IMG/VR virus record: IMGVR_UViG_3300031787_000011
Reading direction: 5' to 3' (one strand)
DNA length: 64,000 bases
Source: a virus
The position numbers and the translations under genes were made by a program. Below, one piece after another: positions 58,156 through 64,000 of this stretch. Position 1 is the first letter of the stretch; every line of letters begins with the position of its first letter. Below the pieces are notes generated by a model. That model was not told where the DNA came from. It saw only the letters and a program-made list of their open reading frames with translations, and made no database searches.

Positions 58156-58920
58156 ATGTACTCGGCTGTACCTTTATTTAAGTCTCACTATAGTCTCGGT
58201 AAGTCTGTTCTAACGCTTGCGAAAGCCGGATCAAGTGAGCCTGACGAGCCGAGTTCAATAATAGATATAGCCAAGAGGCTAAAGCTTGATAAAGTTTATT
58301 TGGTTGATGATTCTATCTCTGGTTTTCTTGAGGCTTACAAATCTTGCGAAGACGCAAAGTTAAATTTTAGCTTCGGTCTTCGGTTGACTATCTGTGATGA
58401 CATGGATAATAAGACCGCTGAATCCAGAGAAAAAGAGCACAAGGTAATAGTCTTCATTAAAAAATCAGAAGGCTATCAGAATCTTATTAAGATATCTACT
58501 GTAGCAAGCACTAATGGATTTTACTATTATCCGAGAATAGACTGTAAAACTTTAAGAGAGCTTTGGAATAATGAGAATCTTTTGCTTTGCATTCCGTTCT
58601 ACGACTCTTATGTTTACAAAAACAATTTGACTTACAGTATTTGCGCCCCTGACTTCAGCTTCTGCAATCCAACCTATTTTATTGAAGACAATAATCTTCC
58701 GTTTGATGGTATATTAAAGAAGAAAGTAGAGGAAATGGTTCCTGATAAAAATCTTGTAGTCAAAGCTCAGTCTATTTATTACGAAAACAAAGAAGATTTC
58801 TTGGCATACCTTACTTTTAGGTGCATCTCAGAAAGAACAACTTTGAGCAAACCCAATTTAGAGCACTGCTCTTCAAACGAATTCTGCGCCGAATCATTCG
58901 AGGAAAAATATGGAAAATGA
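58156..58920 (+). CDS. DNA polymerase III alpha PHP domain as a separate gene
   Basis: KSHYSLGKS, GYQNLIKIST, YYYPRID. Confidence 0.85.
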   Translation: MYSAVPLFKSHYSLGKSVLTLAKAGSSEPDEPSSIIDIAKRLKLDKVYLVDDSISGFLEAYKSCEDAKLNFSFGLRLTICDDMDNKTAESREKEHKVIVFIKKSEGYQNLIKISTVASTNGFYYYPRIDCKTLRELWNNENLLLCIPFYDSYVYKNNLTYSICAPDFSFCNPTYFIEDNNLPFDGILKKKVEEMVPDKNLVVKAQSIYYENKEDFLAYLTFRCISERTTLSKPNLEHCSSNEFCAESFEEKYGK

Positions 58921-59548
58921 ACTACTGAGATTTGATAAGTCTAAAAAGCTTGTTTTTATCGATTGCGAGACATTAAATCTCTGCCTTAACTTCTGCCAAA
59001 ATCTTCCTTGGCAGATCGCCATGCTGAATACCGTTGGCGGCAAAAAGATTGACGAGAGAGATTTTTTGATTAAATGGGATACCAATCTTAAAATATCAGA
59101 AGATGCGAGACGAATCACAAGGTATCCGGAACACCTTATCCAAACAACTGGCAAGAAATTTGATGATATCTTTGATACTGTTAGGGATTGGCTTGACTCT
59201 GCTGACTATATTGTTGGTCACAACATTCTTGGCTTCGATCTATATCTCATAAAAGAGATGTATCTGTTGAAAGGATTGAAGTCGAATCATCTAGTAGACA
59301 AGATCCTAGATACTAACTGTTTAGCCAAAGGAATTAAGTATGGAATCCCAAAGCTGCAAAAAGAATCTCTGATAGAATATCAATATAAACTCCTGCACAC
59401 TTATAAAAAAGGAATCAAAACTAATCTTACCGCTCTTGGTAAAGACTATAATATTGATCATGATTATGATAATCTCCATAATGCTATAATCGATTTGGAG
59501 CTTAACCTCAAGGTCTGGAATAAAATTAAATTTCAAGTCGAAATATGA
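58910..59548 (+). CDS. DEDDh 3'-5' exonuclease (epsilon-like)
   Basis: IDCET, GHNILGFD, LHNAIID. Confidence 0.88.
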   Translation: MENELLRFDKSKKLVFIDCETLNLCLNFCQNLPWQIAMLNTVGGKKIDERDFLIKWDTNLKISEDARRITRYPEHLIQTTGKKFDDIFDTVRDWLDSADYIVGHNILGFDLYLIKEMYLLKGLKSNHLVDKILDTNCLAKGIKYGIPKLQKESLIEYQYKLLHTYKKGIKTNLTALGKDYNIDHDYDNLHNAIIDLELNLKVWNKIKFQVEI

Positions 59549-62112
59549 ACAACTTTCACGATAATTTTTCTAATGTCAAGCTTCCTTTGCATGGCGTTAG
59601 ATTGCCCGAATTCAATATCGAATCCCGCCTGAAAAAGCAGTATGGGCTGAAGGAAGATTCGTCTAACTACGATTTCTTGATGCAGGTATGCAGAACTAAC
59701 TTCAAGAAGCTTAATATCGCCAAAGAAGACTATCCTAAATATTCAGAAAGAGTAAAATATGAACTTGAAACCATTAAAGAGCTTGGATTTCTTGATTACA
59801 TTCTTCTTGTTTGGACTGTTATTAATTTTTGCAACGAAAACTCTATTCCTGTCGGTCTTGGGCGCGGCTCTGCTGCTGGTAGTCTTATTTTGTATTTATT
59901 GGGAGTTACTAAGGTAGACCCAATCAAATATGAGTTATTCTTTGAGCGTTTCATTTCCAAGATTCGAGCCAAGAAGCAAATAGTAGATGGAATCACTTAT
60001 CTTGACGGATCCTTGATGTGCGATGTCGATATCGATATCTGTTATTATAATCGCCATAAAGTCATCAAATATCTTGACCAGCTTTTCTCTGGCAGAACTT
60101 CTAAAATTCTGACGCTCACTACTTTGAGCGGTAAATTGCTTATTAAAGAATGCGGCAAAATTATTGAGGAAAAGCCAGAGTCAGAAATGAATGATGTAAG
60201 TTCTTTGATTCCGAAGGTTTTCGGGCAAGTAAAGGACTTAAAGGAAGCTTATGCTGAAGTTCCTGAATTTAAGACTTGGTGCGATAACAATCCAAGAGCC
60301 TATAAGACGGCTTTGCGTTTGCGCAATCTTATTAAGAATAAAAGCGTCCACGCCTCCGGGATGATGCTTTCATACTACCCGATAGATCAAAGCTGCCCTG
60401 TAGAGCTTACCAGCGACAAGGAACAGGTCTCCAGCTACGATATGAATTGGATTTCCATCTTCAATGTAAAGCTGGACTTGCTTGGCCTAAGAAGCGTTTC
60501 AATCGTTGATAGAGTTTGCAAGTTGGTTGGGATTAAAGTTTCTGATATTGATTTTAATGATCCCATAGTTTACCAGCAACTTCAAGATCTTAAGACTCCT
60601 CATGGGTGCTTCCAAATCGAAGCCGAAACCAACTTCAAGGTATGCAGAAAGGTAAAGCCTAAGAACCTAGAAGAACTCAGCGGTGTGCTGGCTCTTGCAA
60701 GACCTGGAGCCTTGGAGTTCGTCGATCAATATGCTAATTTTACAAATAATAATGTCTACGAACCGATTCACCCATTCTTTGATTCAGTTCTCAGCAAGAG
60801 CGGAGGCGTTGCTCTTTATCAAGAGCAGTTGATGAAAATGTCCAATAAGATCGGCTTTACGCTAGATGAAGCAGAAGTTCTTCGCCGCATCGTAGGTAAA
60901 AAGAAAGTAGAAGAAGTAAAGAAATGGAAGGAAAAGATCTCTGATAAAATCAAAGAGAATAACATAGCCCCAGAAGTCGGAGATATTTTGTGGCGCATTC
61001 TTGAAAATTCTGCTAATTATTCTTTCAATAAGTCTCACTCAATGAGCTATGCCGCTTTGGCGGCTTGTACAGTGTATCTCAAGTTCAAGCATTCCAAAGA
61101 ATTCTTCTTGGCGCTGCTTGAGATGACCAAGCACGAACCTGCTCCTTTGGAAGAAATATCTAAGATTCAAAAGGAATTGCGTCATTTCGGCATTCAACTT
61201 CTTGGGCCTCATATCTTAAAATCAGAAACAGATTTTTCTATTCAAGACAACAATATTAGATTTGGCCTTTCTTCTATTAAGGGCATTTCTGAGAAGACAA
61301 TGGATAAGCTCAAGCTTTTTAAGAGTGAGCAGTCTAGTAAATTTGAAGTTTTCCAAGCGGCTAAAGAAGTCGGCTTGTCTATTGGCGTATTATCTGCGTT
61401 GATTCAAGCTGGTGCGCTTGACGGCTTCTCTAGCTCAAGAAGCAGAGTTGTCCTAGAAGCTCAGCTATGGAATGTATTAACAGATAAAGAGAAAGTCCTT
61501 GCCATGGAGTATGGCCCTCAATGCGAAAACGACCTCCTTAAGACTGTCAAAAAACTATCAGAGACAAAAAATGAAAATGGCAAACTTCTTATCAAAGAAA
61601 CTCGTTTAGCTACTATTAAAAAGAAATATGATCCATATTTAAAGATCTATCAGCAAAATAATAAATCAGAAAGCTTTGCGAACTGGTTCTATGAAAATAA
61701 ACTGCTAGGTTATAGCTACGACAAATCTCTAAATGGCATATTCTCGCAAAAGATGCCAAATCTAATAACGACCTCTCAGGCTTTGGAGTGCTCCGATAAT
61801 CAAACTATTTATGTGGTTGGCAAGGTTGATGATTCATCTGAGTGGATATCTAAAAACGAGAAGAAAACCAGAACATTTAAGATGATTGTTTCTGATGAAT
61901 TTGGTTCCATCCCGATCCTGACTTTTAATGATAAGATAGAATTTAATAAATCAGCAAATGGTGATAAACTACCTGAGAAAGACGATATCGTTATCGTTAA
62001 AGGGCAGAAAAAGAAAGATTGTATTTTTGGCGATACAATAGGCATCCAAACCCTTAAAATCTACACAAAATTGTCTGAGTTAAAAGAAAAAAATCTTGAC
62101 AATCAAGAGTAA
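59545..62112 (+). CDS. dnaE: DNA polymerase III alpha catalytic core
   Basis: GRGSAAGSL, FERF, DVDID, HASG, KLDLLGL, YQEQLM, YSFNKSH, RFGLSSIKG. Confidence 0.93.
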   Translation: MNNFHDNFSNVKLPLHGVRLPEFNIESRLKKQYGLKEDSSNYDFLMQVCRTNFKKLNIAKEDYPKYSERVKYELETIKELGFLDYILLVWTVINFCNENSIPVGLGRGSAAGSLILYLLGVTKVDPIKYELFFERFISKIRAKKQIVDGITYLDGSLMCDVDIDICYYNRHKVIKYLDQLFSGRTSKILTLTTLSGKLLIKECGKIIEEKPESEMNDVSSLIPKVFGQVKDLKEAYAEVPEFKTWCDNNPRAYKTALRLRNLIKNKSVHASGMMLSYYPIDQSCPVELTSDKEQVSSYDMNWISIFNVKLDLLGLRSVSIVDRVCKLVGIKVSDIDFNDPIVYQQLQDLKTPHGCFQIEAETNFKVCRKVKPKNLEELSGVLALARPGALEFVDQYANFTNNNVYEPIHPFFDSVLSKSGGVALYQEQLMKMSNKIGFTLDEAEVLRRIVGKKKVEEVKKWKEKISDKIKENNIAPEVGDILWRILENSANYSFNKSHSMSYAALAACTVYLKFKHSKEFFLALLEMTKHEPAPLEEISKIQKELRHFGIQLLGPHILKSETDFSIQDNNIRFGLSSIKGISEKTMDKLKLFKSEQSSKFEVFQAAKEVGLSIGVLSALIQAGALDGFSSSRSRVVLEAQLWNVLTDKEKVLAMEYGPQCENDLLKTVKKLSETKNENGKLLIKETRLATIKKKYDPYLKIYQQNNKSESFANWFYENKLLGYSYDKSLNGIFSQKMPNLITTSQALECSDNQTIYVVGKVDDSSEWISKNEKKTRTFKMIVSDEFGSIPILTFNDKIEFNKSANGDKLPEKDDIVIVKGQKKKDCIFGDTIGIQTLKIYTKLSELKEKNLDNQE

Positions 62113-62124
62113 AACTACCATCAT
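62096..62124 (+). promoter_or_regulatory. sigma70-like promoter
   Basis: TTGACA-N17-CATCAT-N7-ATG. Confidence 0.55.
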
Positions 62125-62131
62125 ATAACGT

Positions 62132-62707
62132 ATGCTTCAATTCTACAAGCCTAACTCTAAGAATACTGGTTGCGGTTGCTCCTTTAAATACTCTGCTAAG
62201 GATGACTGTATTTTTGTTAACATGATCAAGCAAGCTAGCTGGGATGATCAAACCAAGCGAGGCTCATTTGCTGGTAACGCTCAAAATCCGAAAGCTTCTT
62301 GCTCTGTCAAGCTTAGCTTAACGGAAGCTGCTGATATTATTTCCGCAGTCCGTCGCAATGGAGAAGTAACGGCTTTTCATGATTCTGCCAAGCAAGTAAC
62401 TCGCATCAAGTTTTCTCCTTATGTTCGCCCAACTAAGGATGATCCGAGCAAGACTGCCCAGGTCGGCTACTCTTTTTCCGTATCTAAGGAGAGCAAGGAA
62501 AACGCTCAAGACAAGACATCGTTTTTAATTGGCTTTACCTTCGGAGAAGGTGTTCGTCTTGAGTCGTTTTTGTGCTTTGCTCTTGCGAAAAGCTTTGAAA
62601 AGGCTATCCAAGAGGACTATAATAGATCAGCCGCTATTCCTCCAGCAGCCACTCCTAAGAAAGAAGAGGCTCCTAAGCAGGAATCGTCGGACGACGATCT
62701 ATGGTAA
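62132..62707 (+). CDS. putative ssDNA-binding protein
   Basis: Follows dnaE; acidic tail SSDDDLW; fold not identified. Confidence 0.5.
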   Translation: MLQFYKPNSKNTGCGCSFKYSAKDDCIFVNMIKQASWDDQTKRGSFAGNAQNPKASCSVKLSLTEAADIISAVRRNGEVTAFHDSAKQVTRIKFSPYVRPTKDDPSKTAQVGYSFSVSKESKENAQDKTSFLIGFTFGEGVRLESFLCFALAKSFEKAIQEDYNRSAAIPPAATPKKEEAPKQESSDDDLW

Positions 62708-64000
62708 AAAAGAAAAAGATACTTTATCACAGCGATTTTGCTTTGTCTAAGACTGGCTTTGGTAGAAATACCAAGGCCATTCTTTCTTATTTATATAAGA
62801 CTGGTAAATATGAAATTGTATCGCTTAGTGGCGGATTAACGGTAAATCATCCTGAATTAGAAAGGACTCCGTGGAAAAGCTATGGTTGTTATCCGGTTTC
62901 TGGGCCAGCCCTAGAAGACGCTAATACAAGCTCAGATAAAAGCAGACTTTATTCTTATGGAGCATTTGAATTAGATAAAGTGGTAGAAATAGAAAAACCA
63001 GATGTATATATTGGCGTCCAAGATTTTTGGGGTGTAGATTACGCCATAGACAAGCCTTGGTTCAATAGGCTTAACCATGTACTTTGGATTACTTTAGATT
63101 CTCTGCCTATTCTTCCTTCGGCTGTAGCTGCTGCGTCAAAAGTCAAAAACTACTGGGTGTGGTCTAGTTTCGCTGAGAAAGAAATGCATAAGCTTGGGCA
63201 TACCCATGTAAAAACAGTCCATGGGGCTATTGATGTTTCTGATTTTAAGCCGCTAAGCCCAGAAGCCAAAGCTCACCTTAGAAAGAAAAATAATATAGAA
63301 GAAAATTGCTATGTCATTGGCTTCGTATTCAGAAATCAATTAAGAAAATCTGTCCCGAATTTACTGCAAGGTTTTAAAATTTTTAAGGAAAAAAATCCTC
63401 AATGCAAGACTAAACTTCTTTTCCACACTCACTGGAAAGAAGGCTGGGGCATTGAAAAGCTATGCAAAGAAACCGGGATAGATATATCAGAAATATTAAC
63501 TACTTATATTTGTAAAAAGTGTAGAAATTATGACGTTCGTCCATTTGAAGGTCATGAAGTAAATTGCAAAAAATGCCAAAGCGAAAAATCTTGCGTCACA
63601 ACATCAACGGCTTTAGGCACTACTGAGTCTCAGTTAAATGAAATCTATAATTTAATGGATGTATATTGCCATCCATTTACGAGCGGAGGCCAAGAAATTC
63701 CCATACAAGAAGCAAAACTAGCTGGACTAATTACCCTTGTAACTAATTATAGCTGCGGAGAAGAAATGTGCCATCCTGAAGCGAATTCTATCCCGCTTGC
63801 ATGGAGTCAGTACAGAGAATTCGGCACAGAATTTATTAAAGCTTCCACTTGCCCTAATTCTATTGCCGAAAAGCTCGGCGTAGTTTTTTCTATGCCAGAA
63901 GAACAAAGGATTAAAATGGGAAGGTCGGCCAGAAAATGGGCAATTGATAATTTTTCTATAACTAGCGTCGGGCAAAAAATTGAAAAGTTTTTAGACTCTT
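62701..64000 (+). CDS. GT-B glycosyltransferase with zinc-ribbon insertion (runs off the window edge; not in ORF track)
   Basis: MVKKKKILYHSDFALSKTGFGR, RNQLRK, CKKC..CKKC, HPFTSGGQEIPIQEA. Confidence 0.85.
   Translation, partial: MVKKKKILYHSDFALSKTGFGRNTKAILSYLYKTGKYEIVSLSGGLTVNHPELERTPWKSYGCYPVSGPALEDANTSSDKSRLYSYGAFELDKVVEIEKPDVYIGVQDFWGVDYAIDKPWFNRLNHVLWITLDSLPILPSAVAAASKVKNYWVWSSFAEKEMHKLGHTHVKTVHGAIDVSDFKPLSPEAKAHLRKKNNIEENCYVIGFVFRNQLRKSVPNLLQGFKIFKEKNPQCKTKLLFHTHWKEGWGIEKLCKETGIDISEILTTYICKKCRNYDVRPFEGHEVNCKKCQSEKSCVTTSTALGTTESQLNEIYNLMDVYCHPFTSGGQEIPIQEAKLAGLITLVTNYSCGEEMCHPEANSIPLAWSQYREFGTEFIKASTCPNSIAEKLGVVFSMPEEQRIKMGRSARKWAIDNFSITSVGQKIEKFLDS

Noticed and set aside
43532-62112. 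Inteins in NrdJ, DnaB, RecA or DnaE
   Set aside because: Lengths are normal and no C...HN-C/S/T splice motifs were seen

Overview
AT-rich, densely coding 64 kb segment of a large tailed dsDNA phage, standard genetic code. From left to right: (i) a minus-strand RNA-gene island (about 1.3-4.3 kb) with 9 tRNAs, one of them a tRNA-Leu(UAA) split by a group I intron, plus several non-canonical tRNA-like and other structured RNAs, boxA-like spacers and an embedded WYL-like gene; (ii) small accessory genes (YopX paralogs, UvsE, ThyX, cyclic-phosphate receiver, phosphoesterase, deaminase, Hsp20, dNMP kinase, HNH, dUTPase); (iii) two large sugar-nucleotide and glycosylation clusters (rmlABC, rmlD-like, gmd, ThDP enzymes, RfaE-like kinase, many glycosyl- and methyltransferases, and a GT4-FkbM-Aah/TibC heptosyltransferase fusion) next to a Gly/Ser/Thr collagen-like fibre and virion genes; (iv) a sigma-70-family gene preceded by a ~440-nt promoter-driven structured RNA candidate; (v) class II RNR and a replication module (RecA, DnaB, DnaG, PD-(D/E)XK nuclease, three-gene DnaE). 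Two promoter classes sit just upstream of start codons: sigma70-like TTGAC-type promoters and a GTGTAA motif 8-9 nt before the start. All calls come from reading motifs and base pairing by eye; no searches or folding programs were run.
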